DNA from: Macrostomum lignano
Taxonomy: Eukaryota
Reading direction: 5' to 3'
DNA: 64,000 bases
Assembly: GCA_002269645.1 (NCBI GenBank)
Contig: NIVC01001508.1
Span: 62,001 to 126,000, forward strand
Both the position numbers and the translations under genes were made by a program. Under the pieces are notes generated by a model. The model was not told the DNA's origin. It ran no database searches and worked only from the letters and a program-made list of their open reading frames with translations. Shown here piece by piece: positions 1 through 12,928 of the stretch. Within the stretch, counting starts at the first letter, position 1; the number at the start of each line of letters is the position of its first letter.

Positions 1-1295
1 GCTGCATCTCACCTGATTCAACATCGCGCCATGGATGATCGAAACAGAGGGAATGTTGCTTCAATTCCCCCTAAAGAAAACAAGAAGCTTGAATTTGAAA
101 TCAAATGAGATTAAATTTGACAAAGTCAAAGCGATGTTGATGTTGCATTTTCTACGCTATGGTCATTCCTTTAACTCTATCTAATGTCCATTAATAACAA
201 GCAGTTAACAAGAATCTATTGTAGAATATCTAGATGGAAAAGCAATTAGATGGCTATTTTCTGCAACAGTCTCTGTACAGATGCGAGTTTGCTGTTTTTG
301 GAGCAACTCTGCTTGAACGGCAGATTTTCTCACGCACAAGTTGTATTTGCGCTCTCTCAGCCGGCACACTTTCACTTTGTCACGGCATTTTCTCGGTTTT
401 TTCTGTATGCCTCCTTCATTTTATTATGGTTAGATCTTTAGAAGCAGATCATTATTTGCTTCTGTTAAGCTCTCTCTTCTGCGGGTTAGCTTAGTTCTCA
501 GCGGGTTTCCGCTGGACCCCTGAGCACGGGCAGAGTCAGAGTCATAGCCTTGAATCTCACGTCAAGCCCCCCCCCCAATTGTCAGTTAACTCAATTAATG
601 CAGTCTCGCAGGGAATAGAACCCCGGGGTACCACTGAGTTCGGAGCTCTGAAAGTGTTTTGTCCTTTGAAATTTTGACTGCCTGAAGCGTGTGTTCAATG
701 TACGAGCGTATCTGTATCCAGAAGGTATATTAGCTTATACTAATGGCAAATCCTTTCTGCCATTATCCAAGCCCCGAGTCTCTCGCAGTTTTGTTGGCCT
801 GCAACTGGCGTGTAAATTATTGATTGCCCATTGGGAAGAGGGAAAGAGAGGGGACTGAGAGGGACCTCAAGTCAGTTGCTGATAAGCTACCCCTATAGGA
901 TTATATCCCCTGACTAGTTTAGCTTGGTTGGCCATTGCTAAAGTCTGCTTCAGCAAGCTTAGTGACTGTTTCTTGAGCTCCCGCGCTGTGCCTTTCTCCG
1001 CTTTCCTCACTCTGCATTGACTGTTTTCAGTTACAGAACTCGATCTCTTTAGCGGGGTTTTTGCCACTATATCAACCGACGTCTCTTCCTACACATGAGA
1101 GTTGGGAATTCAATTTTCCTACGCAAATTATCTGACAAGTAGACCTTGCTCAGAGTGTAGAACTGAGTGTAGTGCTGGGAACTGGCTTTTTCTGCATGTA
1201 CTGGGGTGGGTTCGGTGCCTGATAGTTCCGGATGTTTAGAGGAAAAAGAAAAACTAAGAAAATTAAGAGAAGGCAAGGAAGGAGAAGAGGGCAGT

Positions 1296-2315
1296 CTGAA
1301 AAGGAGATGAGAGATGAAAGGGAGATAGAAGATGAGAGGTAAATGATAGATGATAGGGAGATGAGGAATAATTTTGAGATGAGAGATGAGAAGGAGATAA
1401 GAGATGAGGGAGAGAGATGAGAGATAAGTTAGAGATAAAATATAAGAGGGAGATGAGAGACGAGAGGGAGATGAGGGATGAGAGGGAGTTAAGAGATACG
1501 AGGGAGATAAGAGATGAGAAGGAAATGAGGGATGAGAGATAAAGGGAGTTAAGAGATACGAGGGAGATAAGAGATGAGAAGGAAATGAGAGATGAGAGAT
1601 AAAGGGAGTTAAGAGATGAGAGGGAGATAAGAGATGAGAAGGAAATGAGAGATGAGAGATAAAGGGAGTTAAGAGATGAGAGGGAGATGAGAGATGAGAA
1701 GGAAATGAGAGATGAGAGATAATGGGAGTTAAGAGATGAGAGGGAGATAAGAGATGAGAAGGAAATGAGAGATGAGAGATAAAGGGAGTTAAGAGATGAA
1801 AGGGAGATAAGAGATGAGAAGGAAATGAGAGATGAGAGATAAAGGGAGTTAAGAGATGAGAGGGAGATGAGAGATGAGAAGGAAATGAGAGATGAGAGAT
1901 AAAGGGAGTTAAGAGATGAGAGGGAGATAAGAGATGAGAAGGAAATGAGAGATGAGAGATAAAGGGAGTTAAGAGATGAAAGGGAGATAAGAGATGAGAA
2001 GGAAATGAGAGATGAGAGATAAAGGGAGTTAAGAGATGAAAGGGAGATAAGAGATGAGAAGGAAATGAGAGATGAGAGATAAAGGGAGTTAAGAGATGAG
2101 AGGAAGATAAGAGATGAGAAGGAAATGAGAGATGAGAGATAAAGGGAGTTAAGAGATGAGAGGGAGATAAGAGATGAGAAGGAAATGAGAGATGAGAGAT
2201 AAAGGGAGTTAAGAGATGAAAGGGAGATAAGAGATGAGAAGGAAATGAGAGATGAGAGATAAAGGGAGTTAAGAGATGAGAGGGAGATGAGAGATGAGAA
2301 GGAAATGAGAGAAAA
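1296..2315 (+). repeat. 60-bp purine-rich tandem repeat
   Basis: Unit AGGGAGATAAGAGATGAGAAGGAAATGAGAGATGAGAGATAAAGGGAGTTAAGAGATGAG, in phase with the 60-nt line length. Confidence 0.95.
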
Positions 2316-2642
2316 GATACAGAAATGAAATATGGGGAAAAAGAGTTGTTAAAAGAAAATGAGAGCATTGATGATCGCGGTAAAGTGGACCATGTACTGT
2401 ATCCAATGCAGAAATGCAATAAATTTCCCTTGAAAGTAATTGATGCAACTTTAGTTTAATCGTTTTTCTCATGACCACAGGCCATTTTTCTATGTACCTA
2501 ATTCTTAATCTGTTTGCGCAACCCGAATTCTTATTTTCATGCATAGTAAATACAAAAAACGCTAGCGCTACTACTGCTGATTTTCAAACAGTAGCTAAAT
2601 AGAATATTTTTATCCATTTTTTACCGCCACTTCCAACCGCAG

Positions 2643-5600
2643 CTGCTGCAGAAGAGCCGTCAGAACCGACTGGGCAGCCACGGTGACATCCAGGAGGTGC
2701 GCAAGCATCCGTTCTTTGCCACCATCGACTGGCAGCTCCTTGAGCAGCGCAAGATTGAGCCGCCGTTCAAACCGAAGCTGATGAGTCCGCTGTCTACTGA
2801 GTACATTGACTCTGAGTTCACGAGGGAACCAGTGCCGCGTGAGTGCCATTTTTCTAGTTTTGCGTGCCATTTTCTAGCTGAGTGCGACATTTACTGGTTA
2901 GGTGTGCCATTTCCTTATTTGGGTGTGCCATTTCCATATTTGGGTGTGCCATTTCCATATTTGGGTGTGCCATTTCCATATTTGGGTGTGCCATTTCCAT
3001 ATTTGGGTGTGCCTTTTCCATATTTGGGTGTGGCATTTCCATATTTGGGTGTGCCTTTTCCATATTTGGGTGTGCCTTTTCCTTATTTGGGTGTGCCTTT
3101 TCCATATTTGGGTGTGCCTTTTCCATATTTGGGTGTGCCATTTCCATATTTGGGTGTGCCTTTTCCATATTTGGGTGTGCCTTTTCCATATTTGGGTGTG
3201 CCATTTCCCTGTTTGGGTGTGGCATTTCCCTGTTTGGGTTGCCATTTCCCTGTTTGGGTGTGCCATTTCCCTGTTTGGGTGTGGCATTTCCCTGTTTGGG
3301 TTGCCATTTCCCTGTTTGGGTAGCCATTTCCCTGTTTGGGTGTGCCATTTCCCTGTTTGGGTTGCCATTTCCCTGTTTGGGTGTGGCATTTCCCTGTTTG
3401 GGTGTGGCATTTCCCTGTTTGGGTTGCCATTTCCCTGTTTGGGTAGCCATTTCCCTGTTTGGGTGTGCCATTTCCCTGTTTGGGTTGCCATTTCCCTGTT
3501 TGGGTGTGGCATTTCCCTGTTTGGGTGTGGCATTTCCCTGTTTGGGTGTGCCATTTCCCTGTTTGGGTGTGCCATTTCCCTGTTTGGGTGTGGCATTTCC
3601 CTGTTTGGGTGTGGCATTTCCCTGTTTGGGTGTGGCATTTCCCTGTTTGGGTGTGCCATTTCCCTGTTTGGGTGTGCCATTTCCCTGTTTGGGTGTGGCA
3701 TTTCCCTGTTTGGGTGTGCCTTTTCCATATTTGGGTGTGCCTTTTCCATATTTGGGTGTGCCTTTTCCTTATTTGGGTGTGCCATTTCCTTATTTGGGTG
3801 TGCCTTTTCCATATTTGGGTGTGCCTTTTCCATATTTGGGTGTGCCTTTTCCATATTTGGGTGTGCCTTTTCCATATTTGGGTGTGCCATTTCCCTGTTT
3901 GGGTGTGGCATTTCCCTGTTTGGGTTGCCATTTCCCTGTTTGGGTGTGGCATTTCCCTGTTTGGGTGTGGCATTTCCCTGTTTGGGTGTGGCATTTCCCT
4001 GTTTGGGTGTGCCATTTCCCTGTTTGGGTTGCCATTTCCCTGTTTGGGTGTGCCATTTCCCTGTTTGGGTGTGGCATTTCCCTGTTTGGGTGTGGCATTT
4101 CCCTGTTTGGGTGTGCCATTTCCCTGTTTGGGTGTGGCATTTCCCTGTTTGGGTGTGGCATTTCCCTGTTTGGATTGCCATTTCCCTGTTTGGGTGTGGC
4201 ATTTCCCTGTTTGGGTGTGGCATTTCCCTGTTTGGGTGTGGCATTTCCCTGTTTGGGTGTGCCATTTCCCTGTTTGGGTGTGGCATTTCCCTGTTTGGTG
4301 TGGCATTTCCCTGTTTGGGTGTGGCATTTCCCTGTTTGGGTGTGGCATTTCCCTGTTTGGGTGTGGCATTTCCCTGTTTGGGTGTGGCATTTCCCTGTTT
4401 GGGTGTGGCATTTCCTAGTTGGGTGTGGCATTTCCCTGTTTGGGTGTGGCATTTCCCTGTTTGGGTGTGGCATTTCCTAGTTGGGTGTGGCATTTCCCTG
4501 TTTGGGTGTGGCATTTCCCTGTTTGGGTAGCCATTTCCCTGTTTGGGTGTGGCATTTCCCTGTTTGGGTAGCCATTTCCCTGTTTGGGTATGGCATTTCC
4601 TAGTTGGGTGTGCCATTTCCCTGTTTGGGTGTGGCATTTCCCTGTTTGGGTGTGGCATTTCCCTGTTTGGGTGTGCCATTTCCCTGTTTGGGTGTGGCAT
4701 TTCCCTGTTTGGGTGTGGCATTTCCCTGTTTGGATTGCCATTTCCCTGTTTGGGTGTGGCATTTCCCTGTTTGGGTGTGGCATTTCCCTGTTTGGGTGTG
4801 GCATTTCCCTGTTTGGGTGTGGCATTTCCCTGTTTGGGTGTGCCATTTCCCTGTTTGGGTGTGGCATTTCTTTGTTTGGTGTGGCATTTCCCTGTTTGGG
4901 TGTGGCATTTCCCTGTTTGGGTGTGGCATTTCCCTGTTTGGGTGTGGCATTTCCCTGTTTGGGTGTGGCATTTCCCTGTTTGGGTGTGGCATTTCCTAGT
5001 TGGGTGTGGCATTTCCCTGTTTGGGTGTGGCATTTCCCTGTTTGGGTGTGGCATTTCCTAGTTGGGTGTGGCATTTCCCTGTTTGGGTTGCCATTTCCCT
5101 GTTTGGGTGTGGCATTTCCCTGTTTGGGTGTGGCATTTCCCTGTTTGGGTGTGGCATTTCCCTGTTTGGGTGTGGCATTTCCTAGTTGGGTGTGGCATTT
5201 CCCTGTTTGGGTGTGGCATTTCCCTGTTTGGGTAGCCATTTCCCTGTTTGGGTGTGGCATTTCCCTGTTTGGGTAGCCATTTCCCTGTTTGGGTGTGGCA
5301 TTTCCTAGTTGGGTGTGCCATTTCCCTGTTTGGGTGTGCCATTTCCCTGTTTGGGTGTGGCATTTCCCTGTTTGGGTGTGGCATTTCCCTGTTTGGGTGT
5401 GGCATTTCCCTGTTTGGGTGTGCCATTTCCCTGTTTGGGTATGGCATTTCCCTGTTTGGGTGTGGCATTTCCCTGTTTGGATTGCCATTTCCCTGTTTGG
5501 GTGTGGCATTTCCCTGTTTGGGTGTGGCATTTCCTAGTTGGGTGTGCCGTTATATTTCTAAAGAGTTATGTCATTTTTCAATAGTTGACTGTGCCATTTC

Positions 5601-5775
5601 TAGTTGCCAAACTTAACTGTACTCTTCAGTCTGCTTCCTTCCATTTTCCCCAGAATCTGTCGGACGCTCCATCAAAATCAGCGCCAGCGTTCAGGAGGCC
5701 GACAACGACTTCATGGGATTCTCCTACGTGCCGCCGACCTTTGTTGATTCCGCTGGCTTGGGCACCGACCTGTGA
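2643..5775 (+). CDS. SGK: Serum/glucocorticoid-regulated kinase (AGC family), last two exons: 2643-2838 and 5654-5775; upstream exons not found in window
   Basis: Spliced translation [46 protein letters not shown]...[11 protein letters not shown]|[28 protein letters not shown]... The donor is GT 2839 and the acceptor AG 5652-5653, with phase 1 on both sides. It has an AGC C-terminal tail with hydrophobic motif FMGFSY, and the EPVP.S.G.S...ASV.EA...F.GFSY.PP pattern is typical of SGK. Confidence 0.85.
2858..5548 (+). repeat. 21-bp minisatellite filling the last SGK intron
   Basis: Unit TTTCCCTGTTTGGGTGTGGCA with 19/20-bp variants; it generates all the overlapping repeat ORFs here. Confidence 0.97.
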
Positions 5776-7334
5776 GCTCCGGGACTGCCAGAGATAGGAG
5801 ATGAGTCCCGACTTGAGTACAGAGCTGCTGAGCGAAGAGATGAGAGAAGAGAGGGAGAGCAGAGGGAAGATCAGAGAAGAGAGGGACATGAGAGAAAAAG
5901 AAAATGATAGATGAGAAAGACAAGAGAGGGAGATGATTGATCAGAGAGGTGAGAGGAGATAGGGATATGGGAGGAGAGAGAGAGGTGAGAGAACAGAGAT
6001 GGAGAGAAGAGAATGGAAGAGGGGGGTGTTATAGAATTGTCTTCAACTTTTATTTAAATTTGTTCCATAATTTGTTTTAAATATATATTTTTATCAGTGA
6101 TATTCTGCAATATAGTCCTGAATTTTATCCTGCAATATCCTTCCAAAGCTCTTGGTTATTGACAGTTATTAACCTACAATAACTTAACAATAACTTATTA
6201 AGTGTCATATTTTATTTACAAATTCTAATTGTGTATTTATTGGATTTTGTAAAACGGTGTTTTTAAGTCTGCTGTTTATCGACGTGTTTTTATCAAATTT
6301 GTGTGTTTATTAACCTGCGTTATGTGTTTAATAATTTGTTCGTTTAGCGACAGCAATGTGTGTGTTTTGTTTAGGCTGGCTATGGATGATTATTAAAATA
6401 GGGATCCATTAGATATTTTCGAAATTTTACTGGCATAAATTTTTATTTGTTAATTGTGTTTTTAATGTTTTCATAGAAACAGTTTTTATGTACATCACTG
6501 CTAATAAAGCTGGATATGCCATTCAGGCGTGTATCTGTATATGCTAAATAAAACAGTTTATCTACTTTCAGTTCAGTAGCAAAGAAGCGTATGTATGCTA
6601 TTTTATAAAAATAACGGCGGATAAAATGAATTTTAGGGAAGAGTAGACCTTGTAGACGAAAACAGCTTGATATTGATTCAGCTATAATGTACATTAGTTA
6701 GTGCCTCTAAGAATGTGCATGCCAGCTTTAGGCAATAAAAATTGGGTGGCGTTGGTGGCGGGGTAAGAGATTTTTATAGCCAAGACCCTCGGGGGTTAAG
6801 TTTGGGACCCGTTTCCCCGGCCTTATCATTTTATTGGCCTGGCGCAATAAAACTCCAAATATAATTGGCGTTCCTATAGTCTATGGCCGTGGCCAAGCGG
6901 TGAATAAATGAGTCATATGTTAAAAATAACACTAAAATGCTTCTGTTTAGCTGTCTACTGAGCTGAAAGTAGCTTACACGCAAATTTGCTGATCTAGTTA
7001 TTATCTGCGTCGTATAAATTTTTTTATCATATCTTCCTTTGAGATTGCTGAATGTGCCTAATAACTGCGAGCAATTAATTGAATTGATCATTGGTGCTCA
7101 TTCTATCGAATATGCTTTTCCCAATTCGCTAAACCCCAGTCTTCCCAAAACTATATGTGCTCTTTTAACTCTGTGTTTTTATAATGAGCAGTTTGGTATT
7201 GTATTGCTGGATCAAATAAACAAATTGAACTGAGGTTGCGACGAAAAATTTTAGCTGAGTCAGTTTTTGTCATTTTGAATACTTGCTGAATTCTTCGTCT
7301 GGTTAGTATTGATTTTTTCTGTAGAGGTGCCAGG

Positions 7335-7530
7335 ATTAGGATTAGGCGCCAAGGTGATTAGCGCCAAGATTAGGCGCCAAGGTGATTCGCGCCAAGATTA
7401 GGCGCCAAGGTGATTAGCACCAAGATAAGGCGCCAAGGTGATTCGCGCCAACATTAGGCTCCAGGATGTTTATCGCCAGTTTTTGGCGCCAGGATAATTA
7501 AAACGCTAGATTTGGCGCCAAGATTAAGCG
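7335..7530 (+). repeat. Short GGCGCCAAG-containing tandem repeat
   Basis: Degenerate copies of TTAGGCGCCAAGGTGATTAGCGCCAAGA. Confidence 0.8.
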
Positions 7531-7879
7531 CTGGGAAGGGAGACAGCAGCCAAGACGCTACAAATTTAGCCGGGAAACTTGGCTGGAAAAGTGGCCTGTA
7601 CAAAGGTTCAAGGATTTGAGGTACGGAAGGAAGCGTGGAAAGGCGGAGAGGCTGCAAGGAAGAATGCGTGGCTAAGGATGAAGCAAGCGGCAGGCATTTC
7701 GAAAGAGGCCCTTCGAGTGAAACGCATCCTTTGTGCATCGCTGTATCGAAATCAGCAGCGCACCCACAGTTAAGCCTTGGGGAGGGGGGGGGTTGAAATT
7801 CGGGGACTGATGGAGGCAGGCCAAGGAGACCTGCAAACGAATATCTGGTTTCAGTCTGCGCACTGGAAAAAATAGGCGG

Positions 7880-8795
7880 ACTGGATATTTTAGCGCCGCT
7901 GGGCTGGATATTTTAGCGCCGGTGGACTAGATATTTTAGCGCCGGTGGACTAGATATTTTAGCGCCGGTGGACTTGATATTTTAGCGCCGGTGGGCTGGA
8001 TATTTTAGCGCCGCTGGGCTAGATATTTTAGCGCCGGTGGACTAGATATTTTAGCGCCGGTGGACTAGATATTTTAGCGCCGGTGGACTAGATATTTTAG
8101 CGCCGGTGGACTAGATATTTTAGCGCCGGTGGACTAGATATTTTAGCGCCGGTGGACTAGATATTTTAGCGCCGGTGGACTAGATATTTTAGCGCCGGTG
8201 GGCTGGATATTTTAGCGCCAGTGGACTAGATATTTTAGCGCCGGTGGGCTGGGTGGTTTAGCGCCGGTGGACTAGATATTTTAGCGCCGGTGGGCTGGGT
8301 GGTTTAGCGCCGGTGGACTAGATATTTTAGCGCCGGTGGACTAGATATTTTAGCGCCGGTGGACTAGATATTTTAGCGCCGGTGGACTAGATATTTTAGC
8401 GCCGGTGGACTAGATATTTTAGCGCCAGTGGACTAGATATTTTAGCGCCAATGGACTAGATATTTTAGCGCCGGTGGGCTGGGTGGTTTAGCGCCGGTGG
8501 ACTAGATATTTTAGCGCCAGTGGACTAGATATTTTAGCGCCAGTGGACTAGATATTTTAGCGCCGGTGGGCTAGATATTTTAGCGCCAGTGGACTAGATA
8601 TTTTAGCGCCGGTGGGCTGGGTGGTTTAGCGCCGGTGGACTAGATATTTTAGCGCCGGTGGACTAGATATTTTAGCGCCGGTGGGCTGGATATTTTAGCG
8701 CCGGTGGGCTGGATGGTTTAGCGCCGGTGGGCTGGATGGTTTAGCGCCAGTGGACTAGATATTTTAGCGCCGGTGGACTGGATGGTTTAGCGCCA
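7880..8795 (+). repeat. 23-bp minisatellite
   Basis: Unit GATATTTTAGCGCCGGTGGACTA. Confidence 0.95.
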
Positions 8796-9235
8796 ATATT
8801 CGGCTAAACAGAAGTGATAGCTTCGGTAGAAAGTGAGGTCCTGCATGCACCTACCAGATTTGTGTCCATGGCCTCCTTGGATGCTCCGTTGAAGGAAGAA
8901 AACAAAGAAGCCTTGACCGTCCAGTGCGATCTTATTGCTTTTTTAGATTCAGCATCCCTAGCTAGGCTACAAGGACTTCTAAAACTGGCATATTGTACAA
9001 CTTGCTTCCCAGTCCAGATTCCTAACGTAGTTAGGAAAAGTGGAATCAGTGTACACCCTCTCGCACGAAGAGCGTTCGGTCAGTGCCAAGGGTGGGAATG
9101 ACCCGGAGGGGGGATATTTGAAGCTGAAACCACTCGGGGAAAGCAACTTATTCTGTTTTTTGCGTCAGAAGACTAAAAGAAGGTATAGCTTTGTGCAACA
9201 AAGTTGCAGATCGTGCTTCTTAGAGACAAATTAAA

Positions 9236-12200
9236 ATGGCGTCAGCTCAGGTAACAACTAATCTAATTGATTGATTCTAATTAATCTACGAAGATTAAAT
9301 TTCGACAGAATGACGATTTTGTCAATTCACATTTTTCAATCTAGGATGAGGGCATGGATTTCCACAAGGCCTTCCTGTCGATCGATACGGACCACTCTGG
9401 CGAAATCACAGTTGATGAGCTGCAAAGGTGAGGCTGCATGGGTTCTTCTGGGTAACCTTTGAACCAAGTAGCTGCAAGTTGCAGGGCGTGCCAATGTCTA
9501 ACAAGTGCTATCGTGTCTAACAGGTGCTATCGTGTCTAACAGTTGCTATCGTGTCTAACAGGTGCTATCGTGTCTAACAGGTGCTATCGTGTCTAACAAG
9601 TTCTATCATGTCTAACGGGTGCTATCATGTCTAACAAGTGCTATCGTGTCTAACAGATGCTATCGTGTCTAACAGGTGCTATCGTGTCTAACAGTTGCTA
9701 TCGTGTCTAACAGTTGCTATCGTGTCTACCAGTTGCTATCGTGTCTAACAAGTTCTATCGTGTCTAACAGGTGCTATCCTGTCTAACAGGTGCTATCGTG
9801 TCTAACAGGTGCTATCCTGTCTAACAGGTGCTATCGTGTCTAACAGGTGCTATCGTGTCTAACAAGTTCTATCATGTCTAACGGGTGCTATCATGTCTAA
9901 CAAGTGCTATCGTGTCTAACAGATGCTATCGTGTCTAACAGGTGCTATCGTGTCTAACAGGTGCTATCGTGTCTAACAGTTGCTATCGTGTCTACCAGTT
10001 GCTATCGTGTCTAACAGGTGCTATCCTGTCTAACAGGTGCTATCGTGTCTAACAGGTGCTATCCTGTCTAACAGGTGCTATCGTGTCTAACAGGTGCTAT
10101 CGTGTCTAACAAGTTCTATCATGTCTAACGGGTGCTATCATGTCTAACAAGTGCTATCGTGTCTAACAGTTGCTATTAAGTCTAACAGATGACACCATCA
10201 TGTCTAACAGGATAACATCATCATGTCTAACAGGTAACACCATCATGTCTAACAGGTAACACCATCATGTCTAACAGGGAACACCATCATGTCTAACAGG
10301 GAACACCATCATGTCTAACAGGATAACATCATCATGTCTAACAGGTGACACCACCATGTCTAACAGGTAACACCATCATGTCTAACAGGTAACACCATCA
10401 TGTCTAACATCCCCCTACCGCAGCTACTGCCGCAAGATGAACTACCAAGAGACGTTCGTGCAGAAGTGGCTGATGCTGTTCGACGCTGATCAGAACGGCC
10501 GCATCACCTACGACGAATACTGCAACGCGCTGGGCCTCCCGCCTAAGAAGGACGTCATTGCCAAGCACAAGTCGCAGCAGAGCAAAGGCAAAAAGGTTAG
10601 GAAAAAACTTGATTTCACCTACTATGAGTAGCATTATGCAGAAATGTGTTTTTTTGCATTTTGCTTCAGTCTGGCAAGACGGCACGTGCGGTGAAAGTTG
10701 CGAAGAGACGTAAGGAGCAGGAAGAGACGCGGGTCACTGTGGAGACTGTGAAGCCGCCTGTGCAAGAGGAGGTCGTGCAGGTAAAATTAACAATTTTTTT
10801 TACATAACCACTTATGAGACAATTTAGTGGTGGGTTGAGAGTTGCGACATGAACAGATTAGACAGGTAGGATGGGGTGAGGCATTTAGTTGAAGGGGTGA
10901 GACAGGGAGATAAAGGGATTCGACAGAGAGATGAAGGGGTGAGACATGTAGTTGAATGGGTGAGACAGGTATATGAATGGGTGAGACAGGTATATGAAGG
11001 GGTGAGACAGGTATATGAAGGGGTGAGACAGATAGATGAAGGGATGAGACCGGTAGATGAAGGGGTGAGACAGGGAGATGAAGGGGTGAGACAGATAGAT
11101 GAAGGGGTGAGACAGGTAGATGAAAGGGTGAGACAGGTAGATGAAAGGGTGAGACAGGTAGATGAAAGGGTGAGACAGGGAGATGAAGGAGTGAGACAGG
11201 TAGATGAAAGGGTGAGACAGGTAGATGAAGGGGTGAGACAGGTAGATGAAGGGGTGAGACAGGTAGATGAAGGGGTGAGACAGATAGATGAAGGGGTGAG
11301 ACAGGTAGATGAAGGGGTGAGACAGGTAGATGAAAGGGTGAGACAGGTAGATGAAGGATGGGACAGGTAGATAAAGGGTGAGACAGTTAGATAAAGGGGT
11401 GATGCAGGTAGATGAAGGGTGAGACAGGTAGAGAAGGGGCTGATACACATGACAAAGAAACACTAATTAACATTTTCCTGCAATTGAAAAGACAGCTGCA
11501 GTTGCCCCCGTAGCCGCCTCCAAGGCTGCTGCAGCCGGTCAGGCACCTCAGCCGCCGCCGTCGCAGGCCCCCAGTCGCCGCAGCCGTATCCGCAATGAGC
11601 AGCTGAGCTACAGCGGGGTGATGCTCCACAGTCGGGCTCGGGTGTTTCAACGCAAAGCCCTGTACAGGCTGGCCAAGAAGTCGGTGGCCAACAAGCTGGC
11701 CAGGAAGCTGAAGGGAGCGGCCAGCACCGCCGCTCAGAAGCGACCGGCCGCGGTTGAGAAGCCCATCGGCGGCGATAAGAATGGAGGGACTCGGCAGGTA
11801 GGCCGGAGGCGAGAAGAAATTTTCTACCATAGACTAATCTAGAAATTGCCCACACTCTAGACAAAGTGAGTAATTTCCCTTGCTAGAAAAAGTGAGAAAT
11901 TCCCCTTGCCCCTTGCTAGACAAAGTAAGAAATTCCCCTCTCTAGACAAAGTGAGAAATTCCCCTTGTCCCTTGCTAGACAAATTGAGAAATTCCCCTTG
12001 CCCCTTGCTAGACAAAGTAAGAAATTCCCCTCTCTAGACAAAGTGAGAAATTCCCCTTGTCCCTTGCTAGACAAATTGAGAAATTCCCCTTTTCCCTTGC
12101 TAGACAAATTGAGAAATTCCCCTTGTCCCTTGCTAGACAAATTGAGAAATTCCCCTTTTCCCTTGCTAGACAAATTGAGAAATTCCCCTTTTCCCTTGCT

Positions 12201-12928
12201 AGACAAATTGAGAAATTCCCCTTGTCCCTTGCTAGACAAAGTGAGAAATTCCCCTTGTCCCTTGCTAGACAAATTGAGAAATTCCCCTTGTCCCTTGCTA
12301 GACAAATTGAGAAATTCCCCTTGCCCCTTGCTAGACAAAGTAAGAAATTCCCCTTGCCCTTTGCTAGACAAAGTGAGAAATTCCCCTCTCTAGACAAAGT
12401 TAAAAACTCCAGTCTTAAGCAAAGTGTGAAATCCCCTCCCCCCCCCAGAAGACAAAAATCCCCTTCAATAACGGAGACAAATCTAGGCATTCCCCAATCC
12501 CCATTCAGGTGGCCAGCCGCCGCCAGCCCCGTAGTCTGCCCACCGAGCCTACCTCGAAGCCGCGCCGTCTTCGTCTAGTCAAGACCTTCGCGCGGCAGCG
12601 ACGTCGCCTCAGAGCCTCCATCCAGCCGGGCAGCGTGCTGATCCTGCTGGCTGGCCGGCACCGCGGCAAGCGGGTGGTGTTCCTGAAACAGCTGGCCAGC
12701 GGACTGCTGCTGGTCACGGGGCCATTCAAGGTCAACGGCTGCCCGCTGAGACGCGTCTGCCAGAGCTTCGTGATCGCCACCAGGACTCGGCTGGAGCTGG
12801 GAGACCTGCGGCTGCCGGAGCGGCTCAACGATGCCTATTTTAGAAGGTTGGTTCGTGGCGGTTGTCGCGCGATTCACAGCCCTGAGGGCCAGACCCCCCA
12901 AGGCACAGTGTACGTGCCTGATGATTAG
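9236..12928 (+). CDS. EF-hand pair fused to ribosomal protein eL6 (RPL6-like) domain; exons 9236-9250, 9345-9427, 10424-10595, 10670-10780, 11492-11797, 12509-12928 (about 368 aa)
   Basis: All five introns are GT..AG and preserve frame (phases 0,2,0,0,0). EF loops are DTDHSGEITVDE and DADQNGRITYDE. eL6 motifs are EKPIGGDKNGGTR, LRASIQPGSVLILLAGRHRGKRVVFLKQLASGLLLVTGPFKVNGCPLRR and LNDAYFRR. The conserved eL6 C-terminus was not found. A possible 33-nt in-frame intron lies at 12847-12879. Confidence 0.75.
9493..10409 (+). repeat. 19/22-bp minisatellite in EF-hand-eL6 intron 2
   Basis: Unit GTCTAACAGGTGCTATCGT shifting to CATGTCTAACAGGTAACACCAT. A related array in reverse orientation lies at 18775-18925. 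Confidence 0.95.
10870..11445 (+). repeat. 21-bp minisatellite in intron 4
   Basis: Unit GTGAGACAGGTAGATGAAGGG. Confidence 0.95.
11863..12400 (+). repeat. 33-bp minisatellite in intron 5
   Basis: Unit TTGCTAGACAAATTGAGAAATTCCCCTTGTCCC. Confidence 0.95.

Noticed and set aside
1067-5616. Many long overlapping ORFs (up to 718 aa) on both strands
   Set aside because: They are translations of 60-bp and 21-bp tandem repeats that lack stops; most lie inside an SGK intron.
8814-9101. 95-aa ORF upstream of the EF-hand gene
   Set aside because: No recognisable domain and no splice link to the downstream exons.
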